Source of the DNA: Heterodontus francisci
Taxonomy: Eukaryota
Assembly: GCF_036365525.1 (NCBI RefSeq)
Contig: NC_090399.1
Coordinates: 31,032,430 to 31,096,429, forward strand
Length of the DNA: 64,000 bases
Direction: 5' to 3'
A program made the position numbers and the translations under genes. Below the pieces are notes generated by a model. The model had not been told where the DNA came from, searched no databases, and worked only from the letters and a program-made list of their open reading frames with translations. Shown here piece by piece: positions 37,810 through 50,484 of the stretch (its first letter is position 1; each line of letters starts with the position of its first letter).

Positions 37810-40590
37810 CCCTCTGGGACTGGGGCAGTGGGCCAGACACTGTCATTTCCCCCTCTAGGACTGGGTAGGGCAATGGGGCAGACACTGTCCTTTTCCACTC
37901 TGGGACTAGATGGGCAGTGGATCAGACACTGTCCTTACCTGCTCTGCATCTGGGTGGGGTAGTGAGCCAGAAACAGTCAAAGAACAAAGAACAAAGATAA
38001 TTACAGCACAGGAACAGGCCCTTCGGCCCTCCAAGCCTGCGCCGATCCAGATCCTCTATCTAAACATGTCGCCTATTTTCTAAGGGTCTGTATCTCTTTA
38101 CTTCCTGCCCATTCTTGCATCTGTCTAGATACATCTTAAAAGACGCTATCGTGCCCGCGTCTACCACCTCCGCTGGCAATGCATTCCAGGCACCCACCAT
38201 CCTCTGCATAAAGAACTTTCCACGCATAGCCCCACTAAACCTTTCCCCTTTCACTTTGAATTCGTGATCCCTTGTAATTGAATCCCCCAACCTGGGAAAA
38301 AGCGTCTTGCTATCCACCCTGTCTGTACCTCTCATGATTTTGTACACCTCAATCAGGTCCCCCCTCAAACTCCGTCTTTCTAATGAAAATAATCCTAATC
38401 TACTCAACCTCTCTTCATAGCTAGCGCCTTCCATACCAGGCAACATCCTGGTGAACCTCCTCTGCACCCTCTCCAAAGCATCCACATCCTTTTGGTAATG
38501 TGGCGACCAGAACTGCACGCAGTATTCCAAATGTGGCCGAACCAAAGTCCTATAGAACTGTAACATGACCTGCCAACCCTTGTACTCAATACCCCGTCTG
38601 ATGAAGGAAAGCATGCCGTATGCCTTCCTGATCACTCTATTGACCTGCGTTGCCACCTTCAGGGAACAATGGACCTGAACACCCAAATCTCTCTGTACAT
38701 CAATTTTCCTCAGGACTTTTCCATTTACTGTATAGTTCACTCTTGAATTGGATCTTCCAAAATGCATCACCTCGCATTTGCCCTGATTGAACTCCATCTG
38801 CCATTTCTCTGCCCAACTCTCCAATCTATCTATATTCTGCTGTATTCTCTGACAGTCCCCTTCACTATCTGCTACTCCACCAATCTTAGTGTCGTCTGCA
38901 AATTTGCTAATCAGACCACCTATACTTTCCTCCAAATCATTTATGTATATCACAAACAACAGTGGTCCCAGCACGGATCCCTGTGGAACACCACTGGTCA
39001 CACGTCTCCATTTTGAGAAACTCCCTTCCACTGCTACTCTCTGTCTCCTGTTGCCCAGCCAGTTCTTTATCCATATAGCTAGTACACCCTGGACCCCATG
39101 CGCCTTCACTTTCTCCATCAGCCTACCATGGGGAACCTTATCAAACGCCTTACTGAAGTCCATGTATATGACATCTACAGCCCTTCCCTCATCAATCAAC
39201 TTTGTCACTTCCTGAAAGAATTCTATTAAGTTGGTAAGACATGACCTTCCCTGCACAAAACCATGTTGCCTATCACTGATAAGCCCATTTTCTTCCAAAT
39301 GGGAATAGATCCTATCCCTCAGTATCTTCTCCAGCAGCTTCCCTACCACTGACATCAGGCTCACCGGTCTATAATTACCTGGATTATCCCTGCTACCCTT
39401 CTTAAACAAGGGGACAACATTAGCAATTCTCCAGTCCTCCGGGACCTCACCCGTGTTTAAGGATGCTGCAAAGATATCTGTTAAGGCCCCAGCTCTTTCC
39501 TCTCTCACTTCCCTCAGTAACCTGGGATAGATCCCATCCGGACCTGGGGACTTGTCCACCTTAATGCCTTTTAGAATACCCAACACTTCCTCCCTCCTTA
39601 TGCCGACTTGACCTAGAGTAATCAAACATCTGGCCCTAACCTGAACATGTGCCATGTCCCTCTCCTCGGTGAATACCGATGCAAAGTACTCGTTTAGAAT
39701 CTCACCCATTTTCTCTGACTCCACGCATAACTTTCCTCCTTTGTCCTTGAGTGGGCCAATCCTTTCTCTAGTTACCCTCTTGCTCCTTAAATATGAATAA
39801 AAGGCTTTGGGATTTTCCTTAACCCTGTTTGCTAAAGATATTTCATGACCCCTTTTAGCCGTCTTAATTCCTCATTACAGATTGGTCCTACATTCCCGAT
39901 ATTCTTTCAAAGCTTCGTCTTTCTTCAGCCTCCTAGACCTTATGTATGCTTCCTTTTTCCTCTTAGCTAGTCTCACAATTTCACCTGTCATCCATGGTTC
40001 CCTAATCTTGCCATTTCTATCCCTCATTTTCACAGGAACATGTCTCTCCTGCACGCTAATCAACCTCTCTTGAAAAGCCTCCCAGATATCAAATGTGGAT
40101 TTACCTTCAAACTGCTGTTCCCAATCTACATTCCCCAGCTCCTGCCGAATTTTGGTATAGTTGGCCTTCCCCCAATTTAGCACTCTTCCTTTGGGACCAC
40201 TCTCGTCTTTGTACATGAGTATTCTAAAACTTATGGAATTGTGATCACTATTCCCAAAGTAGTCCTACTTTGCCGCTATTCCTTTGCCGCTCTAGAACTG
40301 GGCGAGGTAGTGGGTCAGACAATGTCATCTCGCTTCTGGGACTTGGTGGGACAGAAGGTCAGGCACTTTACCCTCCCCCTCTGGGACAGGATGTAGCAGT
40401 GTCTCAGACACTGTCATCCCTCCTTCTTGTACTGGGTGTTGCAGTGTGTTAAACACTGTTCTTTACCTCTGGGACTGGGTGGGGCAGTGGGTAATCTACT
40501 GTCCTTCCCTCCTCTGGCACTGGATGGTGTCATGGGATTGGCAGAGAGTTGGACACTTTCCTTGTACGTCCAGCAATGGGTGGCACTGTT
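37810..40590. repeat. Degenerate ~45-48 bp minisatellite (37810-37977 and ~40268-40590) split by a CR1 insertion
   Basis: Unit approximately ctctgggactggg..ggcagtgggtcagacactgtccttccc on both sides of the CR1. Confidence 0.75.
37978..40267 (-). mobile_element. Young 5'-truncated CR1 LINE with uninterrupted 554-aa RT ORF (38060-39724)
   Basis: All RT motifs (KSPGPDG, NYRPVSL, DFSKAFD, GVPQGSVLGP, FADD) in one frame; (ttctttg)n-type tail. Confidence 0.96.
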
Positions 40591-40674
40591 TGCTAACACA
40601 TTGTAATTGCAACTTTGTCCTTTGTGGTTGAATCCAACCTCATATGGCGAAACGTCATTAATCATAAAATTTAC

Positions 40675-40772
40675 AGGTTTAGAAAGCATGTTGCAATATC
40701 GACTCTCTGTCCAGTAATTTGAGAGACATCGGCGAACAGGCCACCTTTTCGTCATGAAACTATCAATTGCAC
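40675..40772 (-). CDS. Gene A predicted cytoplasmic exon 1 (YCNM motif)
   Basis: Strong acceptor tgtgtttctcttcAG; only the phase-1 frame is open: GAIDSFMTKRWPVRRCLSNYWTESRYCNMLSKP (basic patch plus YxNM). Donor GTAAAT (phase 0) is weak, so the exon could instead be terminal and read to the stop at 40414. Confidence 0.6.
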
Positions 40773-40944
40773 CTGAAGAGAAACACATGGCTTGTAGTGT
40801 TGTTGAAATCAAAGCCTTGGAACTTGCAGTTAGGGTTGTCCAAAATTAGTATAAGGGTACTGGAGATATTGACATAAAATTTGCGTATTTGCAAATTTAA
40901 TGGGCGCTTTTAAGTAAGAGTTTACCTGTAAGCTTCCTTCCCCT

Positions 40945-41540
40945 AATATTGGCACGTAAATGTAGGGGGTATGATCAAGAGGTTTGCAGCAGACACGAAG
41001 TTTAGCCCTGCGGCAAATAGCGAGGAGGATAGCTGTAGGCTGTATAGAGGGAAAAGCGGAGATTTACAAGGACGTTGCCAGGAATGGAAAAATGCAGCTA
41101 TGAGGAAGGACTGGATAGGCTGGAGTTGTTCTTCTTGGAGCAAAGAAGGCTGAGGGGAGATCTGATTGAAATGTGCAAAATTTTAAGGGGCCTGGATAGA
41201 GTGGAGGTGAAGGTCCTATTCACCTTGGCAAAGAGATCAGCGAGAAGGGGGCATAGATTTAAAGTGATTGATAGAAACATTAGAGGGGAGATGAGGAAAA
41301 ACGTTTTCACCCAGAGGGTGGTGGAAGTCTGGAACTCACTGCCTGAAAGGGTAGTTGAGGCAGAAAGCCTCACTCATTCAAATGAAGTCTGGATCTGCAT
41401 CTCAAGTGCCATAATCTGCAGGACTACGGACCAAATGCTGGAAAGTGGGATTAGAACAGGTGGACCGTTTTTCGGCCGATACAGACACGATGGGCCAAGT
41501 GGCTTCTTTCTGTGCCTTAAACTTTCTATGATTCTATGAT
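40945..41540 (+). mobile_element. Internally deleted CR1 3' fragment
   Basis: FAADTK joined directly to PGMEKCSYEE..RGDLIEM; attctatg tail. Confidence 0.85.
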
Positions 41541-42191
41541 TTTTTGTATGTTTTTTCTTTGCGCGGATGTGTGTGTCAGAAATAGGGGCAGGATTTATCA
41601 TGACCCCCACCACCTGATGGCTGGCCTACCGGAAAATCGGAGTATAAACGGACAGAAAAGCTTTGGCATTGTAACAGTGATTATCCAATGAGCGCTGGCT
41701 CCGTTAGTGTTCGGATAACTGCATCCAGAAACCTTTTGTTAAGATGTGTGTTCAGAATTGCTTCGAGATGCCTTCATTTACGTCTGGAGCGAATGTTTGT
41801 CTGGATTTGTTCTCGATGTTTATTACTGCGACTTCAGCAGTTCCTGTTCTAAGCATTTGCGATCTTCCTCATGTTTAAAATGCAATAAAAATGTGTGCAT
41901 TAGAACAAATATTATTAATATATTTCAGTTATATTAGGTTTGATTGGTCGAATGGCAAAGTCTCAGTTTGCAGATTCGAGCAAATTTAAAAGCAAAATAC
42001 TGCAGATGCTCGAAACCTGAAATAAAACAGAAAATGCTGATGAAAGGTAATCAGCCTGAAACGTCTACCCTGTTTCTCGCTCCACAGATGCAGCCAGAAC
42101 TGCTGAGTATTTCCACCACTTTTTGTTTTACTTTCATGAAAATTTAAGATTGATGCATAACAAATAGTGATGTCGGCCAATTGCTCTGTTT

Positions 42192-44080
42192 AAACATACG
42201 AACATGCGAATTATGAGCAGGAGTAGGCCAGTCGACCATTCGAGCCTGCTCCAACATTCAAAAGGTTCATGACTGAACTGATTACTCCTCATTTCCACCT
42301 ACTCCCTATAACCTTCCACCCCCTTGCTTATCAAGAATCTATCTACCTCTGCCTTAAAAAAGACTCTTCTTCCATCTCCTTTTGAGGAAGAGAATTCCAA
42401 AGACTCATCACCCTCTGAGAGAAAGAAATTCTCCTCATCTCTGTCTTAAATGGGCGACCCATTACACTTGAACCATGACCCTTAGTTCAAGATACTCCCA
42501 CAAGGGGAAACATTCTTTCCACATCCACCCTGTTAAGACCCCTCAGGATCTTATATGTTTCAATCAAGTCGCCTCTTACTCTTTGAAATTCCAGCGGATG
42601 CAAGCCTCGCCTGTCCACTCTTTCCTCATAAGACAGCCTGCCCATTCCAGGTATTCGTCAAGTAAACATTCTCTGTGTTGCCTCCAACACATTTACATCC
42701 TTCCTTAAATAAGGAGATGTATACTGTACACAGTACTCCAGATGTGCTCGTACCAATGCCCTGTATAGCTGAAGCATAACGTCCCTACTTTTGTATTCAA
42801 TTCCTCTCGTGATAAATGATAACATTCTATTTGCTTTCCTAATTACCTGCTGTACCTGCATACCAACGTTTTGCAATCCATTTACTAGGACAGCCAGATT
42901 CCTCTGCATCTCAGAGCTCTCACCATTTAGATAATATCCCTATTTTATTCTTCCTGCCAAATTGGACAATTTCCCACTTTCCCACATTATAATCCATTTG
43001 CCCGGATTTTGCCCACTCACTTAACCTATCTATATCTCTTTGTAGCCTCCTTATGTCCTCTTCACAACTTATTTTCCTACCTATCGTTGTGTCATCAGCA
43101 AATTTAGCAACCATACCTTCGGTCCCTTCATCTAAGTCATTTATATAAATTGTAAAGAGTCCCCAGCACAGATCGCTGGGGCACACCACTCATTACATCT
43201 TGCCAACCCGAAAATGACCCGTTTATGTCTACACTCTGTTTCATGTTAGCTAGCCAATCTTCTATCCATGCCAATATGTTACCCTCTACACCATGAGCTT
43301 TTATTTTCTGCAATGACCTTTGATGTGGCAAATGCGTTCTGGAAATCTAAACACAATACATCCACCGGTTCCCCTTTATCCACAGCCCATGTAACTCTCT
43401 CAAAGAACTCCAATAATATGGTTAAACATGATTTCCCTTTCACAAAACCATGTTGACTCTGGCTGATTATCTTGATTTCTTCTAAATGCCCTGTTAGAAC
43501 GTCTTTAATAATCGCTTCTAACTTATTCCCTAAGGCAGATGTTAAGCTAACTGACCTGCAGTTTCCTGCTTTCTGTCTCCCTCCCTTTTTGAATAAATTC
43601 GCAATTTTCCAATCTAACAGAGCCTTCCCCGAATCTAGGGAATTTTGGAAAATGAAAACTAATGCATCGACTATCTCACTAGCCACTTTTTTTAACACTC
43701 TAGGATTAAGTCCATCAAGACCCAGGGACTTGTTAGCCTGCAGCTCCAACAATTTGTTCAGTACCACCTCCCTGGTGATTATAATTTTTTTGAGTTCCTC
43801 CTTCCCTTCCATTTCCTGACTTGCAGCTAATACCAGCATGTTACTTGTATCCTCAGTAGTGAAGGCTGATGCAAAATATCTGTTCAATTCACCTGCCATC
43901 TCCTTATTATCCATTATTACTTCCCCAGACTCACTTTTTATAGGACAATGCTCAGTTTGTTAACTCTTCTTTTATAATATCTATAGAAACCCTTAATATC
44001 TGTCTTTATATTTCGAGCTAGCTTTCTCTCGTACTCTAATTTTACCTTCCTCGTCAATCTTTTCGGTCATCCTTTGCTGT
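42192..44080 (-). mobile_element. Decayed CR1 LINE
   Basis: QHGFVKGKSC, YINDLD..KFADD, HLEYCVQY fragments. Confidence 0.9.
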
Positions 44081-44622
44081 AACAAAGCAATACTTGTATT
44101 TATTTAGCTTTTGGTAATAGATAAAACACAGCAACAGGAACAATAAATCAAGGAAGCATGCCTAGCATAACAAAATCAAAATCTAATAACTTTAATAAAT
44201 AGAAACGAAATGAAGTAATTTTAATAATTTTAAAACAATAAATCTTAAGGCCTGGTTACCCACCAATGAACTCAATTTCTTCGTAGATTTCTTCGTAGGT
44301 TTGCTCGATCTTTCTAAAAAAAAAGGAAATTAAATAAAACATTTGCAAGTGTTTGAGGGATGAAATAGATGTATCTTAAAATCGGTTAGGGTTCTATTTA
44401 CCAACCTTGACTTTAGCAATGGGACAAATCTGTAATGAACTGATGGCAGAAAGGGAGAAAAAGGTGATTAAATTAAATTTCAGGATTGGTTTTGTACTCT
44501 GAAAGCAATTAATTCTGCAGTCACTACATTTATGTATATTGAAATTTATGTACATATGATAACATGTGCCTTACAAGTGCGATTCTATGATTTTTTCTTT
44601 AATTTTAATTCAATGACCATAC

Positions 44623-44736
44623 CGCTGATGGGGCAGTTGTGCTGAGAGAGGACTATCCCAATAAGGATCAATGCAACTATTATCCCTGCTCTGATGTACC
44701 AAAGAATCTTCGTGCCATATGCTTGATCTAAGGAGG
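44623..44736 (-). CDS. NCR3: NKp30/NCR3-like receptor gene A, stalk/transmembrane exon with charged Arg
   Basis: Acceptor ttctggtttttttcAAG, donor GTATGG, 114 nt, phase 1/1. Encodes SLDQAYGTKILWYIRAGIIVALILIGIVLSQHNCPIS; the RAG motif at the TM start matches NKp30 LLLRAG. Confidence 0.85.
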
Positions 44737-45149
44737 CTTGAAAAAAACCAGAATTAATATCTTTGTATTTCTGAAAGCTATCATATTCCGTTATTTCTTT
44801 GATTAGTGAATATCAACTTATCTCTTTATGAAAAAGATTAAAGAAGTAGCTTGCATAACTAATTTGACTTAAACACTTGAAAAATCTATTTCCTTTGTTA
44901 ATTCACAAAATTCTTTGGGCGGCGAGGGCGGAAGAGAGTGGCTGAAGAAAGCCAGCGGCGAGGACGGGTGCAAGAGGCTGAGGGAAGGCAACGGCGAGTC
45001 GGGGAACGAGCTGCCCCGTTCCACTACGTGATGACGTTTCAGATCGCATGCGCGAATTAATCCTCACAAGCCGAGAGTTGACGTCGGCCACATTGGCAGG
45101 AAGAAACCGTTATGCGCATGTGCGCTGCTAGGAACGCCTGAGATCCACA

Positions 45150-47935
45150 GTCAGTGCTCTGCGCAGCCACATGTACACACTGGACCTCTCTCTCCAGAAA
45201 CACCGCCTCACCTTATCTCAAAGCTGTTCTACTCCACAGTTTAATTTCAGCCTTCGTCTTATCCGACACATTAACAAAAAAACTTTTTTTCTTCCTTTCA
45301 GGTGTCAAAGAATGCAAGCTCCAGTGGCTGATGGGGACTAATGTCTCTCCAGATCCTTCTTTCCCTTCACTTCCCTCTGACCCCACCCCTTCTTATCTGA
45401 CCACTTGCTCTGTATTTACCATACCCTGTGACCTCCCCTAGCTGACGCTGAACGTTCTGTACTCAACAAAGGACTCCGTTACATCCTCTTACAACCCCAC
45501 CTCAATTTATTTCATGCTCAACATGATGTTGAGCTCTTCTTCTGTTGCCTCTGCCTCCGGGCTCACTTCTGTGACCAGGAGTCCTTCCCCTGATCAGCAG
45601 ACCCAGTCACCCGCCTCCAGCATTCTCCCTCTACCTGGTCCTCTCCCTCTGCCTCTTACCCACTCTTGATCTTTTCATTCAAAACTATCAGCGAGACATT
45701 GGTCATCTCAATTTCTCTGCCCTCCCTTATCACTCTAACCTGTTCCCCTCTGAACTTGCCGCACTCTGTACTCTCAGGTCTAATGTCATCAAACCTGCAG
45801 ACAAGGGTGGTGTTGTTATATGGCGTACCAACCTCTACCTTGTAGAAGCTCAGTGCCAACTATCAGACACTTCTTCCAACTTCCACCGGACCATGGCCCC
45901 ACCATCAAACATCAAGCAACTGCCCAGAGGACTGTCACTGACCTTATCTCCTCTGGAGTTCTTCCCTCTACAGCTTCCAACTTCATAGTCCCGCAACCCC
46001 GGACACCCCACTTCTACCTAATCCCCAAAATCCACAAACAGGACCCACTGAACTTATTTCTTCCTATCTTGACTCTATCTTTTCTCAGCTGGTCCAGTCT
46101 CTTCCCACCTACATTCATGAATTTTCTGATGCCTTACATCATTTTGACAATTTCCAGTTCCCTTGCCCCAACCGCCTCCTCTTCACTATGGACGTCCAAT
46201 CTCCCTACACCTTCTTCCCCCACCAGGATGGTTTGAGGGCTCTCTGCTTCTTCCTTGAGCAGAGGCCCAACCAGTCCCCATCCACCACCACCCTCCTCTG
46301 CTTCGCTGTACTTGTTCTCACATTGAACAACTTCTCCTTCAACTCCACTCACTTCCTTCAAATAAAATGTTTTGCTATGGATACCCACATGGACCCGAGT
46401 TATGCCTGTCTTTTTGTGGGATATGTCAAACATTCCTTGTTCCAGTCCTGCTCAGGCCCCCTCTCCCAACTCTTTTTCTGGTACATTGATGACGTATTGG
46501 TGGCGTTTGCTGCTCCTGCCACGAACTGGAAAACATTGTCAACTTTGCTTTTAATTTCCACCCACTCTCATCTTTACATGGTCCATCTCCGACACTTCCC
46601 TCCCCTTCCTCGACTTCTCTGTCTCCATTTCTGCGGATAGGCGTCTAGTAATATTCATTAGAAGTCCACCGACTCCCACAGCTACCTCGACTATGCTTCA
46701 TCCTACCCTGCCTCCTGTAAGGACTCCATTGCAGTCTGCCATTTCCTCCTCTGACACATCTGCTCTGATTATGCTACCTTCCATGACAGCGCTTCTGATA
46801 TGTCGTCCTTTTTCTCAACCGAGGATTCCCCCCCCCCCCCCCTCCACTGTGGTTGACAGGGCCCTCAACGTGTCCATCCCATTTCCCGCACCTCAACCCT
46901 CACCCCTGCCTCCCAGAACGACGACAAGGTTCCCCTTATCCTCTCTTTCCACCCCATCAGCCTCCATATTCAAAGGATCAATGTCTGCCATTTCTGCCAC
47001 CTCCAGCATGATGCCACGAGCAAAGGCATCTTCCTCTCCCTTCCCCTGTCAGCATTCCGAAGGGATCGTTCCCTCCATGACACCCTGGTCCACTCCTCAA
47101 TTACCCTCACCACCTCAACACCTTCCCATGGCACCTTCCTCTGCAATCGCAGGAGGTGGAATACCTATCCATTTACCTCCTTTCTCCTCACTATGCAAGG
47201 CCCCAAACACTCCTATCAGGTGAAGCAGCGATTTACTTGTACTTCTTTCAGTGGGAGACCATATGCAGACTGGGTGACTGCTTTGCAGAACACCTCCACT
47301 CAGGCCAAAAGCATGACCTCGAGCTTCCCATTGCTGGCCATTTCAACACACACCCCTGCTCTCATGCTGACATCTCTGTCCTGGGATTGCTGCAGTGTTC
47401 CAGTGAACATCAATACAAGCTCGAGGAACTGCATCTCATTTACTGATTAGGCACTCTACAGCCTGCTAGACTGAACATTGAGTTCAATAATTTCAGAGCA
47501 TGATGGGCCCCCCATTTTACTTTTAGTTATACCTATTTTTTCTTTTTTGTGTTTATTTTATTTTAGTTTGTGTGGTTTATTTCTACTGTGCCTATCCACT
47601 GTGTTTTTCGTTCATGTTTGTGCTTGTGGCTGTTCAATTTTCCGTCCATTAATCCCCTGTCTGTACGAATGCTTTCTCTGTCAGCACACCATGAACATAT
47701 TGTTTGCCTTTGCTCCACGACCTTCTGGTCAGCTATTCTGTGACCTTCTCCTATCAACACCTACTCTTTTGTTATCACTTGACCCACCCCCACTTTACAT
47801 GCTTAAAATCTTTTACATTTCTGATATCTGCCAGTTTTGAAGAAGGGTCAGTGACCTGAAACGTTAACTATGTTTCCCTCACCACAGATGTTGCCAGACC
47901 TGCTGAGTATTTCCAGCGTTTCTTGTTTGTTTTTT
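45150..47935 (+). mobile_element. Long decayed Penelope-like element with 3' terminal repeat
   Basis: FYLIPKIHK, MDVQSPYT, FFWYIDD motifs; homologous to 23320-25917; hammerhead-like motif at 47833-47869. Confidence 0.9.
47833..47869 (+). ncRNA. Minimal type I hammerhead ribozyme motif (C3->U variant)
   Basis: AGTT-TTGAAGA-a-GGGTC agt GACCT-GAAAC-GTT-AACT: stem I AGTT/AACT, stem II, loopless palindromic stem III. Confidence 0.6.
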
Positions 47936-48333
47936 CTGATAACGTCAACACTTGGCTGCGTTGACAGGAAATAAACGTGATGAGGTTGGAGAAACGCTAT
48001 TTTTAGTTCATTTCTTTGGCCATTTCAATAACGAACTCTTTTTCATTTACAGCTGCTTTTTGAAAGTCTCAGGCCTTTTCTGACTCGCATTTGCTTCCTG
48101 ACATTGCTCTAATGCACCATGTTCCCATGATGTACTATTAACGCAACGTAATTATACTACTCCCTTTTCTTTACAATCACTTGTCAATCATCAAAATAAT
48201 CTGGACCCTGTGTCTTCCACTGCCAACATTATTAACTATCTCTCTTCATTACTTTAAGCCCCAAGTAGTTCAACCTATTAGATATGGCGCTTTCCGCCAT
48301 TGTAACAGCGTTCAAATTAAATCTCGACCCAGC

Positions 48334-48521
48334 GGGGTAGAAATTCGTCTGGGGAATTGGCGCAAAATGGGTGGTATTGGCTTGGGTCCCCCGTTCTCGG
48401 CAGCACCTGATATTTATTTGTATTGACTGCAGTGGAACTGAATATCAGGTGTAGCGTCTCACAGGTCCCCAATTCGGGGTCCCGCTCGTTTTGCGCCACT
48501 GCGGAGACGAATTTCTACCCC
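48334..48521. mobile_element. MITE-like non-autonomous DNA transposon with perfect 17-bp TIRs
   Basis: GGGGTAGAAATTCGTCT...AGACGAATTTCTACCCC plus inner arms tggcgcaaaa/ttttgcgcca and cacctgatatt/aatatcaggtg. Confidence 0.8.
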
Positions 48522-48604
48522 ATGGTGCCATCATCCAGTTCGTTCTTCGACAAGACCTTGCCAACCTAGAACTGCTCGCTCCCTTTAGTCCTCACGTAGT
48601 ACAG

Positions 48605-50270
48605 TAAGGGAGTGTAGATAGTCTCAGTCATCTCATTATCAAAAAGGAGGAGGTGTTGGGTGTCTTGCAAAGCATTAAGGTAGATAAGTCCCCTGGGCCT
48701 GATGGGATCTGCCCTAGAATACTGAGGGAGGGAAGGGAAGAAATTGCTGGGGCCTTGACAGAAATCTTTGCATCCTCATTGGCTACAGGTGAGGTCCCAG
48801 AGGACTGGAGAATAGCCAATTTTGTTACTTTGTTTGAGAAGGGTAGCAAGGATAATCCAGGAAATTATAGGCCGGTGAGCCTGACGTCAGTGGTAGGGAA
48901 ATTATTAGAGAGGATTCTTCGGGACAGGATTTACTCCCATTTGGAAACAAACAAACTTATTAGCGAGAGGCAGAATGGTTTTGTAAAGTGGAGGTCGTGT
49001 CTCACTAATTTGATTGCGTTTTTTGAGGAAGTGACAGAGATGATTGATGAAGGAAGGGCAGTGGATGTTATCTATATGGACTTCAGTAAAGCCTTTGACA
49101 ATGTCCCTCATGGCAGACTGGTACAAAAGGTGAAGTCACACGGGATCAGAGGTGAGTTGGCAAGATGGATACAGAACTGGCTCAGTCATAGAAGACAGAG
49201 GGTAGCAGTGGAAGGGTGCTTTACTGAATGGAGGGATGTGACTAGTGGTGTTGCACAGGGATCTGTGCTGTGACCTTTGCTGTTTGTAGTATATATAAAT
49301 GATTTGGAGGAAAATGTAGCTGATCTGATTAGTAAGTTTGCAGACGACACAAAGGTTGGTAGAGTTGCGGATAGTGATGAGGAATGTCAGAGGATACAGC
49401 AGGATATAGATCGGTTGGAGACTTGGGCGGAGAAATGGCAGATGGAGTTTAATCCGGACAAATGTGAGGTAATGCTTTTTGGAAGGTCTAATGCAGGTGG
49501 GAAGTATACAGTAAATGGCAGAACCCTTAGGAGTATTGACAGGCAGAGAGATCTGGGCGTAAAGGTCCACCGGTTACTGAAAGTGGCAACGCAGGTGGAT
49601 AAGGTAGTCAAGAAGGCATATGGCATGTTTGCCTTCATTGGTCGGGGCATAGAGTATAAAAATTGGCATGTCATGCTGCAGCTGTACGGAACTTTAGTTA
49701 GGCCACACTTAGAATATTGTGTCAATTTCTGGTCGCCACACTACTGGAAGGACGTGGAGGCTTTGGAGAGGGTACAGAAGAGGTTTACCAGGATGTTGCC
49801 TGGCCTGGAGGGCATTAGCTATGAGGAGAGGTTGGATAAATTCGGATTGTTTTCACTGGAATGACGTAGGTGGAGGGGCGACATGATAGAGGTTTACAAA
49901 GTTTGAGTGGCATGGACATATTGGGGAGTCAGAAGTTTTTTTCCCCCAGAGTGGAAGAGTCAGTTACTAGGGGACATAGGTTTAAGGTGAGAGGGGCAAA
50001 GTTTAGAGGGGATGTGCGAGGTAAGTTCTTTACGCAGAGGGTAGTGAGTGCCTGGAACTTGCTACCGAGGGAAGTGGTGGAAGCAGGTACGATAACGACG
50101 TTTAAGAGGCATCTTGACAAATACATGAATAGGATGGGAATAGAGGGATACGGTCCCCGGAAGTGCAGAAGGTTTTAGTTTTGGCAGGCATCAAGATCGG
50201 CACAGGCTTGGAGGGCCGAATGGCCTGTTATTGTGCTGTACTGTTCTTTGTTCTTGTTGTTCTTTGTTCT
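48605..50270 (+). mobile_element. CR1 LINE (RT, few stops) in the V-TM intron of gene A
   Basis: ORFs 48653-49273, 49277-49864 and 49870-50178 with CR1 RT motifs; (ttctttg)n-like tail. Confidence 0.94.
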
Positions 50271-50484
50271 CTTTCCCCTTCCAAGCTTTAAATTAGCCCA
50301 TTGCTATTGCTTGCGTTATCCTGTCCTGCATCCTCATTTGTTCGATACTGGGACCTCCCTGCACTGTACGTTTTGGTATAACAAACAGTTTTAGCATTTA
50401 TAAAAATCATAAAGATGCCTCCAGGCTGGAAAACCTTGGTGCAATTATACATTTCATTCTGATCGTGGTCACTTTTCTACTTAC

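Noticed and set aside
37810-40590. CRISPR-like repeat array
   Set aside because: Units are degenerate tandem repeats without unique spacers, in vertebrate DNA with no cas genes.
41630-41735. Minus-strand frame AHWIITVTMPKLFCPFILRFS with donor GTAGGC
   Set aside because: No pyrimidine-rich acceptor, and the entry phase is incompatible with the upstream exon.
44090-44180. Second hydrophobic minus-strand frame (MLP*FIVPVAVFYLL) as a TM exon
   Set aside because: Contains stops and is too short; a much better TM exon lies at 44623-44736.
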